NCBI RefSeq assembly: GCF_009914755.1
Contig: NC_060925.1
From: the human T2T-CHM13v2.0 reference genome, Homo sapiens
Length of the DNA: 64,000 bases
Direction: 5' to 3' (one strand)
Positions 31,425 to 53,533 of the stretch are shown here, piece after piece. Numbering within the stretch: position 1 is the stretch's first letter; each line of letters opens with the position of its first letter. The translations under genes were made by a program, and so were the position numbers. The notes below the pieces were generated by a model, which was given only the letters and a program-made list of their open reading frames with translations, was not told where the DNA came from and did no database searches.

Positions 31425-32052
31425 GAAAACTGGATATCCATATACCGAAGAATGAAACTAGACCCCTATCTCTCACCATATACAAAAATCCAATCAAATG
31501 AGTTAAAAACTTTAAGACCTCAAACCATGAAACTGCTGCAAGAAAATTCCCCAGGACATTAGACATAGGAAAATATTTCTTGAATTATATCCCACAAGCA
31601 CTGGCAACCAAAGCAAAAATGGGCAAATAGGAATACATCAAGTTAAAACAATTCTGCACAGCAAAGGAAACAATCAACAAAGTGAAGATACAACCCACAG
31701 AACAGGAGAAAATACCTGCAAACTATCCATCCAACAAGGGATTAATGACAAGAATATATAAGGAGCTCGGCCTGGCGCGGTGGCTCACGCCTGTAATCCT
31801 AGCACTTTAGGAGGCCAAGGTGAGAGGATTGCCTGAGCTCAGGAGTTCAAGACCAGCTTGGGCAACACGGTGAAACCCCACCTCTACTAAAATACAAAAG
31901 AAATTAGCCGAGCATGGCAGCGTGCGCCTGTAGTCCCAGCCACTCGGGTGGCTGAGGCAGGAAAATTGCTGGAACCCAGGAGGCAGAGGTTGCAGAGAGC
32001 TGAGATCAGCCACTGCACTCAGCCTGGGCGACACAGCAATACTCCATCTCTA

Positions 32053-32085
<33 letters not shown>

Positions 32086-32220
32086 AATATATAAGGAGCT
32101 TAAGCAACTCTATAAATCTAATAATCTGATTAAAAATGGGCAAAAGACCTGAACAGACATTTCTCAAAAGAAGACATACAAATGGCAAACAGGCATATGA
32201 AAAGTTGCTCAACATCAGCA
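31425..32220 (+). mobile_element. L1 ORF2 3' fragment interrupted by Alu (31769-32083)
   Basis: aatgaaactagacccctatctctcaccatatacaaaaatc and ttctgcacagcaaaggaaacaatc. Alu TSD A(A/G)GAATATATAAGGAGCT on both sides. Confidence 0.85.
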
Positions 32221-32224
32221 AACA

Positions 32225-32440
32225 AAGTTATCCCATCTTCATTCCACCTGCCTTGTTCCAGCTGCTGGCGGCCGACAGGATGGCATCCACCCACATTGAG
32301 GGTGGGTCTTCCTCTCTCAGTCCACCAATTCAAATGTCAATCTCCTCTGCCCACACCCTCACAAACACACCCAGAAACAACACCAGCCATCTAGGCATCC
32401 CTTTATCCAATCAAGTTGACACCTAATATTAACCATCATA
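32225..32440 (-). mobile_element. MLT2-like (ERVL) LTR fragment
   Basis: attgagggtgggtcttcc...caccctcacaaacacacccagaaacaa...aatcaagttgacac...attaaccatca. Confidence 0.65.
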
Positions 32441-32670
32441 CCATACATAAGTACATAACAATAAAGTAGCAAGAAGATGCCACAAAAATTGAGATGTGGT
32501 ATAAGAATAACAAAAGTTTAGAAAATACTCAAGTAAAAGCCTAGTGAGTAACAAGCCAGTATTTGCCATCAACACCGCACCCCCTAACAAATGCAGACAT
32601 CTGGAACATACAGGGAGGGGAGAGATTTTTAAAGAGAAGGAACAGCTTTCTAAAAAAATTAAGTCATCTT

Positions 32671-32990
<320 letters not shown>

Positions 32991-34011
32991 CTAAGGACTA
33001 GAGTGCCTACAGGGAGTGTTGATGTCTAGAGTAAATCCCTCCTTATGTGGCCCAGGGTGGAGGCTGGAGTGTCTGTTTGTGTATCTGCCCTCTGCCACGT
33101 ACCCTAAGCCTGCTGGTTCATGCTCACCAACTCAGTCAGTGAAAGGACAACCTAAAGACATTTTCAGACATGCCAAGATTCAGAAAGCTTTCCTTCCATG
33201 CAACCCCTTTTAAAAATGTTATTTGAAAATATACTTGAGATAAAGGGACATAATTCAAGAAAGAGAGACATAACAGATTCACAAAACAGTGGAATTAACC
33301 CAGTAGCACAGTGAATAGAAATACCAGAGGTCCATAAAGCCATCCATCAAAATTAGAACAGGAAGTCAGAGGGTTTGGAGAAGAACGTCTTTAGGAAGAA
33401 AATGGGCTTCATTCAACAAATAATGTAATTAAGAAGCTGGAAGATTTTAATGACTTGACTTAAAAGGCATATGTTTCTTCTCTCAAGGAGAAAAGAGGAA
33501 AGCAATTAGAAACTTCATGAGAACAAGAAATTGTGTAAGAAAGTCATGGTCCAAATATGAAGTGAATTAAAATGTCTTATGACTCTGAATAGCTGAGGGA
33601 GTGGAGGAGAATAGACTTGAGCTTGAAGCCTGGATCATTTCTCTTTGAGCAGTATTTAAACTGTGAGATTATAGTTCCTTCTCTATGTGTCCCAGGATTC
33701 TATTTGGCTCTGTAGAGAATAATGTTTATATAATCATAATATTGTTTAAGAACACTTTATTGATTTTCAATATTTGAAATTCAGAGATAGACAATACACA
33801 AAACTAGAACATTTTAATTATGGATATAGAACTAGATGCAAATGTAGCAGTTTAGCAAAAGGAATTAGGAGAGAAAGCAAGAGTGATGTCTCGTCTTACA
33901 CAGTGGGGAGTTAACAGATAGTGCATGAAATTAATGGCACAAGAAAAAACAGCTGGAAATATTTGTATCTAACCAAACTCTGGAGGGAAGTTACCTTTGC
34001 TAAGTTCATCT

Positions 34012-34354
<343 letters not shown>

Positions 34355-34628
34355 ATAAACTCGTCTTTCATAGTAGGAATTGTTTCCGATGCTGTTAGTT
34401 CTTCAATAACCACCCCTTCCTCTATCTTTAGTCACAGAACTCTTACATCTCAGCTGGACACCACCTGACATGGCTACCCAGACAAAAATTATATTTCCCA
34501 GCCTCCATTGCAGCTACATGTGATCAGGTGACCAAATTTAGGTCAACTTGATGTTAGCAGAAGTGATGTGCCTTTCCACTTAGTTGAATTATGGACGTGA
34601 CCAGCCATCTCTGACGTAAGTTGAGAGT

Positions 34629-34941
<313 letters not shown>

Positions 34942-35044
34942 TAAATATTATAATAGTAGCTAACAGTTATATACATGCTAAGTATCCATCAGGCACCTTT
35001 CAAAGTGTTTTGCATGTATTAACTCATTTAACCCAATGGGGATA

Positions 35045-35482
35045 TGTAGTCACTTCCTATTGCTGCTGTAACAAATTAACCACAAACTTAGTGGCTTCAA
35101 GCAACACAAAGTTATTCTTCTACAGTTCTGGAGGTCAGACATCTAAAATCAGTGTTTCTTTCCTTCTGGAGACTCAGGAAAATCCATTTCCTTGCCTTCT
35201 TCAGCTTCTACAGGTCACCTGCACTCCTTGGCTTGTGGGCCTTTCCTCTTATCACCACGACCACTTGCTTCCATCCTCACATCTCCTATCACTACTCTGA
35301 CCTCTTGCCTCCCTCTTATAAGGATCATTGGATTTCATGGAGCCCACCCAAATAATCCAGGATAATACCCCCAACTCAAAATGTTTAGTTTAATCACTTC
35401 TGCAAAGTCCTTTTTGCCACGTAAGGTAACATTCAAAGATTCTAGAGATTAGGACTCAGACATCTATTATTCTCCCTACCAC
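35045..35482 (-). mobile_element. MLT1 (MaLR) LTR
   Basis: ttgctgctgtaacaaattaaccacaaacttagtggctt...acagttctggaggtcaga...tgcaaagtcctttttgccacgtaaggtaacattc. Confidence 0.75.
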
Positions 35483-35711
35483 AGATGGGTACTATATCAT
35501 CCCCTTTTACAGACAATGAAACTCAAAATAGAGAAGCTAAATAGCATGCCCAGGATCACACAGCTGGTAAGTGGCAGATCCATGGTTTAAACCCATACAA
35601 TATGGTCCTAGAATCTGTTCATGTAACCATGATACTCTTCTATCCTGGCAGAATTCTGGCTTTCTGATGACATTGGAGTTGCCTGACCAGCCCTGGAGAG
35701 AGAAATACACC

Positions 35712-36056
35712 TTTTTTTTTTTTTTTTTTGAGACCAAGTCTCATTCTGTCGCCCAGCTGGAGTGCAGTGGCATGATCTCGGCTCACTGCACCTCCGTTCC
35801 CTGGGTTCAAGCGATTCTCCTGCTTCAGCCTCCCGAGTAGCTGGGCTTACAGGCACAAACCACCACGCCCAGCTAATTTTTGTATTTTTAGTAGAAATTT
35901 TTTTAGTGGAAAACTTTAGTAGAATTTTTTTATTTTTGTACTTTTAGTTTCACCATGTTGACACCAGGCTGGTCTCAAACTCCTGACTTCAAGTGATCCA
36001 CCCGCCTTGGCCTCCCAGAGTGCTGGGATTACAGGTGTGAGACACCTCGCCCAGCC
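35712..36056 (-). mobile_element. Alu (S-like) with duplicated central linker
   Basis: Reverse Alu; TTTAGTAGAA-like linker motif repeated at 35886-35948. Confidence 0.88.
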
Positions 36057-36699
36057 AAGAAAAACACTTTCAACTTTCAAAGCCACTGTCATTTGGTGGG
36101 GCTCTTTGTTACAGTCACTATATTCAAATACAGGAGTCAATAGTAATCCACAGAAATAAAAATAATGCTTTTCATTTATTCTGAATGGTTTGAATATTTT
36201 ACAAGGAAAATGTGTTATTAATTTCAAATCTGCTTAAGTTGCAGGACAAAACTGCCGACCTGTCTGTGTCGCACCTGGGTTAAACCCTCCCATCATCTTT
36301 GGGATAGATTGAGTTCAAGCACCTCAGCCTGCCCTGGAGGCCAGCGTTTCACCCATCTTTTTGTTTCTCATTGCTCCTCTTCATGGGTACACTCTCAGGC
36401 CAAACTAGTATTTGTGGCATACTAGCTTGCAGCAGGCCTTTCACCATGTCCACCCCATGCCTGTGCTCATGCTGTCCCCTCTACCCGGAATACTGCCCCT
36501 TCTTCCTCTCCCACTCCTGCCTAGCATGTCTCATTCAAAGGCTAGCTGTGAGCTCCTGTTCACCCCTCAATACCTAGCCCAAATTGCCTCTGGAAATTTT
36601 TTCTGTTTATCTTGGTCTTTCTCTGCCCTGCTAAATATTTTCCTTAAATGTCTGGTGATCCAGGTTATAGTTTGAAACCCCAGCTCCCCACCTTTCCCA

Positions 36700-36701
<2 letters not shown>

Positions 36702-36739
<38 letters not shown>
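36702..36739. repeat. (CA)n microsatellite
   Basis: Directly visible. Confidence 0.92.
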
Positions 36740-36741
<2 letters not shown>

Positions 36742-37406
36742 CCCAGGAAGAACAGGCCCCTCCTTTTTCCTTCCCCCACTTGTGTGTCCCTGTGTCAAAA
36801 TAATCATACCAGCACACATTTACTATGGCCATTGTTTATTACTAATATTATTTATTATTTTAGGGTTTAGATCTTTTGCAGCCCCCAGCACCAATACATG
36901 GCTAAAAACAATACCAAATGTCCACTTAAGTGTCACGATGTCTGACAAATGATGACCACTTGGACTTCTTAAAATGTTAAATTATTTTTAAATATATGCA
37001 TGTGTATGATTATGTCTGTCTGTGCCAGGACCCTTAATTTAGCCACATCTGCAAAGCCCCTTTTGCCATGGAACATAGCCACATGTTCTGGGGGTTAGGA
37101 CGTGGACATCTTTGGGGGCCATTTTAGCCTATCACAGAGATGAAGGAAGTGACCAGCCCAAGATCACCCAGTAGTAAGCAGCAGAGTGGCAGTCTAATCC
37201 CTGTCTTCCTGACCCCAAAGCCTGGCTCCTGACCTCTCCTCAACACCAGGGGCGGGGTGGGGGCAGGTGGGAGGAGATGTGTTTTCTGTGGTTTCTGTGC
37301 CTTGTTGTTGGTGCTGTCCCATTCTGCCCCCACCCTGCCTCCACAGGCTCCATCCTGATGCATTTCACACCACCCCTATCCACTCGTCTCCATGAGGGTC
37401 TCCCTA

Positions 37407-37715
<309 letters not shown>

Positions 37716-39704
37716 GAGGAAAATGATCTCAGCTTTGGGAGTCACAGAGAATGCCTGACTCTGGGTCCTGTGCTCCTCCTCTCCTAGCGGCTGCCTGTCT
37801 CCTTCAAGCCACCCAGACCCTGAAGGAGGGGGCCCATCCAGAGGAGAAGAGGCACAAAGGCTGAGGACCTGGATATGGGGAACAGGAGGTCTCTGGGTCC
37901 CTCCCTGGGCATGAGCTCCCAGAGGCCACTGCTGTTGGCCCAAAGACAAAAACACCACAGCCGCTCAGTGGCCTCCTAGGCTCCGCCCTCAGAATCCCCC
38001 TTTCCAAAAGCACAGCCCATCTCTGCTGGCCTCCCCTCACCCACCCCACACCTCGGCCTGCTGCCTGATCTCTGCTCTTCTACAAAGCACCTCTGCCTTC
38101 CCCAGAGTTTTCCTATCCACGTGCCCAGGTCTGTAGCGGCATTAGCAAGAGGAAACCCAATTACATTCCAATTACTCTAGTCCTAGCCAGACAGAGGTTA
38201 CTGTAAGTCACAGCAGGATCGGGAAGGAGGAGGAGGTAGCACCTGGGGCCAGTGCCTAGGGTGACACTTGAAGATGGATATGACAGGGACCTGTGGCTCA
38301 GAGGCTCAGGATTAGATCAACAAGGCTGGGGCTGGCTGGTTTCGGGAAAGAGGTCGTGGGGGCCCCTGTTGACAGACAGCTCAAGCACAGCAAAGCCCTG
38401 AGGCCAGCCCTCCCTGGGCAGAGGAGGCACAAGGGCTGGGAGCCCAGCCTGGACATGGAGGACCTGAGGTCCCTAGGGCCCTCCCTTGGACATGGGCATT
38501 TGGCCAGGGTTCCCAGAGCCAGTGCTGTTGTGCCCGAGGACCAAAATCCTGCAGCTTCTTGTAGGTCTTCTAGAACACTACTGGTTCCCACCGCCCCGCC
38601 CCCAGGATTTTCTCTGAGCATACACCCACTCTCTCTCATGCCCATCTAGGCCAAATAACTGGCCTCTCCCACCCTTAGGCTGTGGCTAAATAGGCCAGAT
38701 TCAGGACCAGAGGGGCTGCGAGGCCTAGTGCCTCCAGGCCAGCGCCCTGGCTCCTGCTGCTGGCTTGAAAATCCCTGGCCAGCGTCTGATAGGGGAGACA
38801 GGGAGATCTGTTGCTTGTGATGGCAGGAATCTCTTAGGATATCCCTTGACCTGGGGAGCAGCCATCTTTGGGGCACCAACGGATAAAGGGTGGGGGAAGG
38901 TTGGCAATTGAGATCCCTCTTAAGTGGAGATGGGACTGACTCTGTGACATTGTATACTGGGGGGAATTCTCAGCCATGATTTCCTCCCTACACAGACATG
39001 CACCACCCTGTATCATGACATGGGGGAGCCTGGCGAGCCCCTTGCCCACTCCAACCCATGGTATCTGGGAGGCCCTGTAATATGGAGATCTGCACTCTGG
39101 GCTAGGTTCTAAGCCTGGGCTGTGCTGGGCTTGGCCAGTGCCTACCGCCCACACAGACAAACATGGATCTGTACCTTCCACACTGCGGGCTGAACCTTGT
39201 TTGCCGCAACTGTTATTGGAGTGTCCCCACACGATCTGCCTCCCATCCCCCTACATGCTGCAGCCCCCTCTGCAGCCCCTACATAGCAAACAATCACAGC
39301 TCCAGGTAGGGGGGAGAATGTGGGGGGATAAGATGAGTCATTGCCGTGGGAACAGATGTACCAAGTTCCACATATGCACACTCACAGAACCTTACACACA
39401 AAGGCATGGCCACACTCACATTCCCACACTCACAGGGAAACACGCTGGGAGGCCAGTGCTAGTCAAAGCCACAGTTGAACATTCAGATCCACACTGAGAA
39501 ACAGTCATCTCCTCACACATACACATTCCCCATAGACACAAACGCCAAAACACAGGGACAGATCAAGACCCAGACAGACACATCCCACCCAGAGTGACCT
39601 CCAGTCATCAACCCAGAGCCCACCCCCTGCTCATATGCACAGTCAGACTCAAACACACTGGATTCCCTAGACACACACCACAGCCCTTACTTGAATTCAA
39701 GACT

Positions 39705-39793
39705 CAAACACAAACACACACTCATGCACACATATGCAGACATGCACACACCCACACATTCACACATGCACACACACACACACACACACACAC
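39705..39793. repeat. Imperfect (CA)n microsatellite
   Basis: Directly visible. Confidence 0.85.
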
Positions 39794-41199
39794 AGCAGCC
39801 CCTCTTCTGAGTCCCTTCACTCATTCTCCTACCTCGACCAGCACCTAGGGAAGACAAGACATCACACACCATGCAGATGCCATACCTGCCCAAGGACAAA
39901 GTTCTGCCTTGGGTTTAGCTTCAGTCCATCCTCCTGTTCTGCAGAGGTTAAGGTCACTGGCCCCCTCCCTTATGCTGCTCCAGTTCCTCTCCCACACCTC
40001 CTATGCCTAACGGCGCATCTTCAGAGCCTTTGAAAAGGGCTTTGGCTGCAACGGGAAAGATGGTGGTTGCATCCCAGGAGTCACCTCCCAGGAGGGAAAC
40101 AGTGTGAGTTTCAGAGGGTGACATGTTAGGAATGTCCTATGCTGAGCTAGGGGATGGCCAAGGTGACTGCATGATGCTCAGGCAGTCACCCTTCACCTAC
40201 CTGTGATTTCCAGAATCCCCAACCTTCAAACCTTTGCACCTGCTGTTTCCTGACCTTGAATGCCTCTCCTCGAATACCACAATCCCCCTTGCAGGCTACC
40301 TTCTTATTCTTCAGGTCTCCATGGAGATGTCCCTGCTCCAGGAAGCCTGTTCTCATGCCCTGGCTGAGTCGGTCTGTCCTCCTGTGCCCCACAGCCCCCA
40401 GGGCCCTCACACCCTCCTCACACCACAGGTTAATTGCCTGGGTGTGCACCTGCCTCCCCCAGCAGCCAGAGAGATTTTGCAGGGGAGGGAGACTGTGTCT
40501 GGTGAGAGAGGCTAGAGGCCTGAGAGGGGCAGAGGCTTAAAGCCCAGCTCTGCCTCTGCTGTGCGACCTTGGGCAAGTCATTGCGCCATGTGGATCCAGT
40601 GTCCTTATCTGTAAAATGGGGACAATAACGACCACCTCACCAGGTTGATATGAAGATTAAATGAGAGCAGGCATCATATGCATTATCCAAACGGTAGCTG
40701 TATTATTAGAACTCACTGCCTAGCACACAGCTTAATAAATCGTTATTTGTGGAATTAACGAACCCCCACTTCTGTCCCCACCGGCGTCCTTGATTTTTGG
40801 GGGGAACAGTAGGTATAACAAAAAGAGAAACTGGGGGCAGATAGGATGGGGGGCTGGGAGATGGGAGAACAGGGTTCTCTGGCATCGTTGGGAGCTAGCT
40901 GTTACAGCAGCATCCGGAGCTAGGCTGGAGGCGGTGCAGGCATCCTCTCTGTCTCACCCCTGTGACCCACCTGTGCCATCCTCCTCCTCAGTTAGGTGAG
41001 GCAGCAAGGAGAGGCGGGGCTGGGCTCCACCTCTGCACTGTGGCCCTCTGAAGCTGCCAGGCCCGCCGGCACACACTAAGTGCGCCCAGAATGCGGGGTG
41101 GGCCAGGGGCATAAATGTTGAATGAATGAGGATGGAATGAATGAACGGATGGACGCATGAATGGAGGTGGGATGGAAGCTTGAAGTGGGAGGCTAGAAG

Positions 41200-42130
41200 G
41201 AACGAGCGTCTCCCTCCGCCCTGCGGGTCTCGGGGCTGGAAGACACGGAGCCAAGACCGTCTGGGGGCTCCCACCCCGCCCTGCCCCTCCCGCCGGCCCT
41301 CCCTCCCCGCAGCGCGCAGCCCGGCCGAGCCCGCGCCGAGCCACAGCCCGCGCAGTTGCCGCGGATCGTGCTGAGCCCCGCGAGCCGAGGCAGCGCAGCC
41401 TAGGGAGGGGGCTGCCCCGGCCCCCTCCTGCAGTCCCGGCCCCTAGAGGCTCGGCCTTCCTCGCAGGAAGGCGAAGTCCCCGGTGCCAGGTCCGGGGACC
41501 AGCAGCCGAGAACGCCCGGGTCCCGGAGCCAACAGGTGCGGGGTGTGGGGGACCCCCAGGCCTGGGATGGGGGTTCCAAAGGACCCGCGGCGAGGGATGG
41601 GAGGAGCCAAGAGTCTCGGGGGGTAACCTGGGTGCTGGGAGACTGGCTCCTCGGCCAGCGCTGCTCTCCTCTAGGCAGGCTCCGAGTGCCCTCGCTCCCC
41701 CGCGCCTTCCCGGAGCCCCGCCAGCCCCCGAGGTGCAGGAAGGTCCCGCGGACGGAGCGGGCCTGCCGGCGTTCAGTGGGGTATGAAGGCGTCCCCTCCC
41801 CTTCCCCAGGGGTCTCCAGGGATCCGCAACCCTCCGGCACCTGGCCGGGGTCGTCCTAGCCCAGCCGGGGGAAGGAGGGGCTGAGTGCGGGAGGAGGGGA
41901 GGGGCGGGGAGCTGGGCTGGCTGGATTTATGAATGGAGAGCGACCCGCGCGCCGGAACAGCGGCTCCTGGCGGCCGTCGGGGAGCGTCGCGGCCCTGGGG
42001 ACCCAAAGGGGCCTCTTAGGGGGCCTGGATGCTCCCCTTGCTCGCAAGGGGTCGTCAGTCCCTCCGCGCACCACCCCCACTGTGTGTGTGTTGTATGTGT
42101 GCGTGTCCGCGAGTGCCCACCGGAGGGTCT
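41200..42130 (+). promoter_or_regulatory. HCRTR1: HCRTR1 CpG-island promoter with probable non-coding first exon ending at 41535
   Basis: CpG-dense, GC boxes (CCCCGCCC at about 41274), candidate donor AACAG|GTGCGG at 41535/41536, 1.3 kb upstream of the start codon. Confidence 0.7.
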
Positions 42131-42815
42131 GGCAGGTATGGCGGGTGGGGCTTGGGTCTCTAACACCTCCCTTGGCCCGTTTTCCCAACCCAAAGTTAAA
42201 GCCTCTGAACTGGCTCAAGAAATATTTGCAATCGGGATGGCTTCTCCTCCCAAATCTACGGTGTTTGGTGGGTTCGAACAGACCTGGCTTAAGAGCTTTG
42301 TGACCTTGAGCAAGAGACTCAATCTCTCTGAGCTTCGGTCTCATCTGCAAAGCAGGGTACCCTAATAATGGTAACCGGAAACGTCCCCGAAACTACCTTC
42401 TCGTACCAGGTTCTTGGTGAAGCACTTGGCACGCATCGGAGCTCATTACTCCTCATCGTGGTCCTGTAAGGTATGTAGGGCTGTCACCCCATTAGACAGA
42501 TGGGGAAACCAAGGCTGAAAGAGGCCAGGTAAGCTACCCAAGGCAACTGGTGTGGAATTGGGATGCAACCCAGGTCTGTCTTCCTCCACCAATTTCATGA
42601 CTGTGAGAATTAAGAGGGAACTTATACGCAAAGCGCCTGGCACAATCCCTAATGTTTCCTTCCTTCTCTCTTTTCCCACTCCCTCCTTTCCTTCCTCCCT
42701 TCAGGAAGTTTGAGGCTGAGACCCGAAAAGACCTGGGTGCAAGCCTCCAGGCACCCTGAAGGGAGTGGGCTGAGGGCTGGCCCAAGCTCCCTCCTCTCCC
42801 TCTGTAGAGCCTAGG

Positions 42816-42842
42816 ATGCCCCTCTGCTGCAGCGGCTCCTGA
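42816..42842 (+). promoter_or_regulatory. uORF in HCRTR1 5'UTR (MPLCCSGS*)
   Basis: AGG ATG CCC CTC TGC TGC AGC GGC TCC TGA, ending 4 nt before the main ATG. Confidence 0.6.
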
Positions 42843-42846
42843 GCTC

Positions 42847-50623
<7,777 letters not shown>

Positions 50624-51239
50624 GCGAGGGCTGCCCTGGAGGCTCCGGCTCGGGGGATCTGCCCCTACCCCTCATGGAAAGACAGCTGGATGTGGTGAAA
50701 GGCTGTGGCTTCAGTCCTGGGTTTCTGCCTGTGTGACTCTGGATAAGTCACTTCCTCTGTCTGAGCTTGTGTCCCCGAAGCAGGGTTGATGTGAGGATTA
50801 AGCATGCTGAAGCAAGTGGAAAGCTCCTTGTAAACTGTGAAGTGTTGTGGACATGATTATTGTTGTACTTCTCTCATTTGGCCATACCCCACAGTATAAT
50901 CTGTCCCCATCCTCCTTCCAGAGCTTGGTCATCCTCCTAAAGACCCCTTTCCTACCCAATTCCTACAGGCCTTCCCTGGAGTCTGCTCTAAAGGTCCCAA
51001 CAGGCATTTCCATCTTGTTCCATGGCTCCCTGAAGCCCAGGGCTGCACTTGGCCAGCTGTTCTGATGCCTGTGTGAACTAATCTGGGCCCAGCCTTTCTC
51101 CAGCGGGCCACGAGCACAGCCCCACCCTAACCAGGTGCCAAGGGCACACACCACAGACCCGACCTTGTTGGCTTTGTGGTGTGATAAAACACTCTCCATG
51201 GCCACTTGGCACAGAGGCCAGCAGCCCGAAGCAACTGTA

Positions 51240-51245
51240 ATTAAA
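51240..51245 (+). terminator. HCRTR1: Candidate proximal HCRTR1 polyA signal (ATTAAA)
   Basis: First common hexamer after the stop codon, followed by U/GU-rich TGTTCCCTTTCCTTGT. Confidence 0.5.
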
Positions 51246-53527
51246 AGCCTGGCACTGAATGTTCCCTTTCCTTGTCATTGCACAAAATCTGTGCTGCTTA
51301 GGTTAGGAGCAGAAGAAGGTGGGGAAGCTGGGGGGAGGGAAGACAAGAAGGCACTAGAATGCTCTTATCTGCTGACCTCCCACCCCCACCACACGGGATC
51401 CCAGATGGACTCAGCCAGGCCTCGGCACACGTGGTGCTGCCTCCTCATGCGGTGCCAATCCTGTGACGCCGGGACCTCACCCCTCGACACAACTGTCTGC
51501 TCACAGGCCCAGTGGCCTGGGGAAGGTAAGGGGGGCCGGGTGGGCAGATAGCGGGTTAACAGGCTGATTTACTGTTATCTTCATCTTCTTGGAAACCAAG
51601 GCTTGTGCCTATTTTCTATGAACTCACAGGATAAAAAGAGAAAGCCACAGACTTGGCCAGACATGCTCCGTCTGCCACCGAGATTTTAAGGCTGCCAAAG
51701 GCCCTGAGCCTTGTTGCCAGAGAAGGACGTGGAGTGCAGCCTGAAGTGCTACTCTGCTGAGAGGAACAGGGACATCTGGCAGGGGCCAGCTCTGCTATGC
51801 ATACCACCAGGTCTGCTTAACTTGATTAATAGAGCTGTGGGCTCCCTCTGACCTCAACCGTCAAGAACGTGGGCAGAGCCCTGGTGCTGCCAGGGGCCCA
51901 GCCCAGGAGTGTTGAAGCACTGCTCCTCCTAAGCACCCCGCTTTACCCAGAGCAGGTGGAATGTGTGGTCTAAGTATGCCACCTGCTCTCCACACGACTT
52001 ACCAGCCCAGCTCTCTGTGGACGGGGCAGAGCTCTAGCTGCTGCCAGGAGGATGGGCTCTCCTGCCCATTCCACACTCCCACTGGCCTTAGGATCCAAAG
52101 CGGTTGGCACAGTGCATAGGTAGGCTTGGAGGTGAGTGTGCAGAATGAGGTATGAGGGCTGGCCCCCAAGCTCAGAACCAACCGTGCTTACAAGATCAAT
52201 CCAGGTCTTGGGCTCCTCAGCCTCAGCTGAGCACAAAGGTGAGAGACTACAATTGGCACCATCGGGTTTCAGCAGACACTTGGTTCAGTGGGAACAAAGA
52301 AACAAAAGGCGCTGCTCCTAATGGCTGCACGCTCTGCTGGCTGAACCCAGCACCATGGGGGGCCTCAGCCCTCCACTCTGGGGGACTCAGATAAACTGAA
52401 GAAAATTCAGGGGAGGTGACCAGGATGCCAAGGGCAGAGATGCTCAGCGAGGGACTGCTCAAGAGCCCAGGGCTATCTGGCCCAGGGAAGAGAGGACTTG
52501 GGGAAAATGTGGTATATAGGGTAGGCTCCACTATATAGAGGGTTGGCATGCATAAAGGGTGATGTATGTCCTGGGTGGCCCACAGAGAAAACCACAGCAA
52601 ATGGTGGTGTCTTCAAGATGGCAGGATTTAGAATCCACATAAGGAAGATGTTTCTGCCAGTCATGGAGGAAATGGGCTGCCTTGAAAGGCACTGAGTTCT
52701 TTGCCTTTGGCGAAGCAGAGGCCAGACTCACATGGGGACTATGAACGGAATTTTAGCTCTGGATGGGGGCTGGCCTCTGGGAACTGGATTCCATCTAATG
52801 CGGGGATTCTAGCACTACAGCAGCCCAGAGGAGAATGCAACTGACCTGGCTAAGCCCGACACACTGCTGGGCCTCACTGACCTGCAAAACAGTCATAGTT
52901 ACTTCCAACTACCCACTGCAGGGAGGAGAGCCCTGCACAGGGCCTCAGAGCTCTTTATCTCAAAAAGCCAAAAGATAATCACCATTACCCAGAATAAAGC
53001 CCCCTGGCAAACTAGAATGTCTGGTGTCTTTGGCTTTTGATTGAAATGTGGTCAGCTCATTAGAGACACTCGGTGTAGACTGGGTATTATGCTGATCTAA
53101 AGATCTGACTTGCAAGTACAGATGTCTGTGCTTAATAAAAGTGGGGAGAACGTTATGACTTAATAAATGGAGTTTGTCTGGAAGATAAAACTAGGGCCTG
53201 AGAAAATAGAAAAGGCCAGGCTATGAAGTTTGAGGTAGCTGCTTTCAACCCAGAATGCCAGCCCTAAAACTGCTATGAAATAGCTTCCTAAATAGACCTT
53301 CAGGCCATACTGAACTGAACCCGGCAGGCCCCTCAGCTGGCTACCCTATACTTCAACTTCCCTCTGGCAGTGGAGAGGAGCCCCACATAGGCAATGTCCC
53401 CCCAAGCTGCTGCTTTCTGCATGGCGTGGTGTATAGGATGTACTTAAATAGTCACTGAAAGGATGAGTGGATGGACCTGTAGCTGAGAAATCATGGTGGA
53501 AAACATGGAACTCCAGAGTTTCATCCT

Positions 53528-53533
53528 TTTATT
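53528..53533 (-). terminator. PEF1: PEF1 polyadenylation signal AATAAA
   Basis: TTTATT on the + strand, about 725 nt downstream of the PEF1 stop codon. Confidence 0.75.

Noticed and set aside
52345-52366. RE1/NRSE-like CCCAGCACCATGG near HCRTR1
   Set aside because: Only the left half-site matches; the GGACAG right half is absent.
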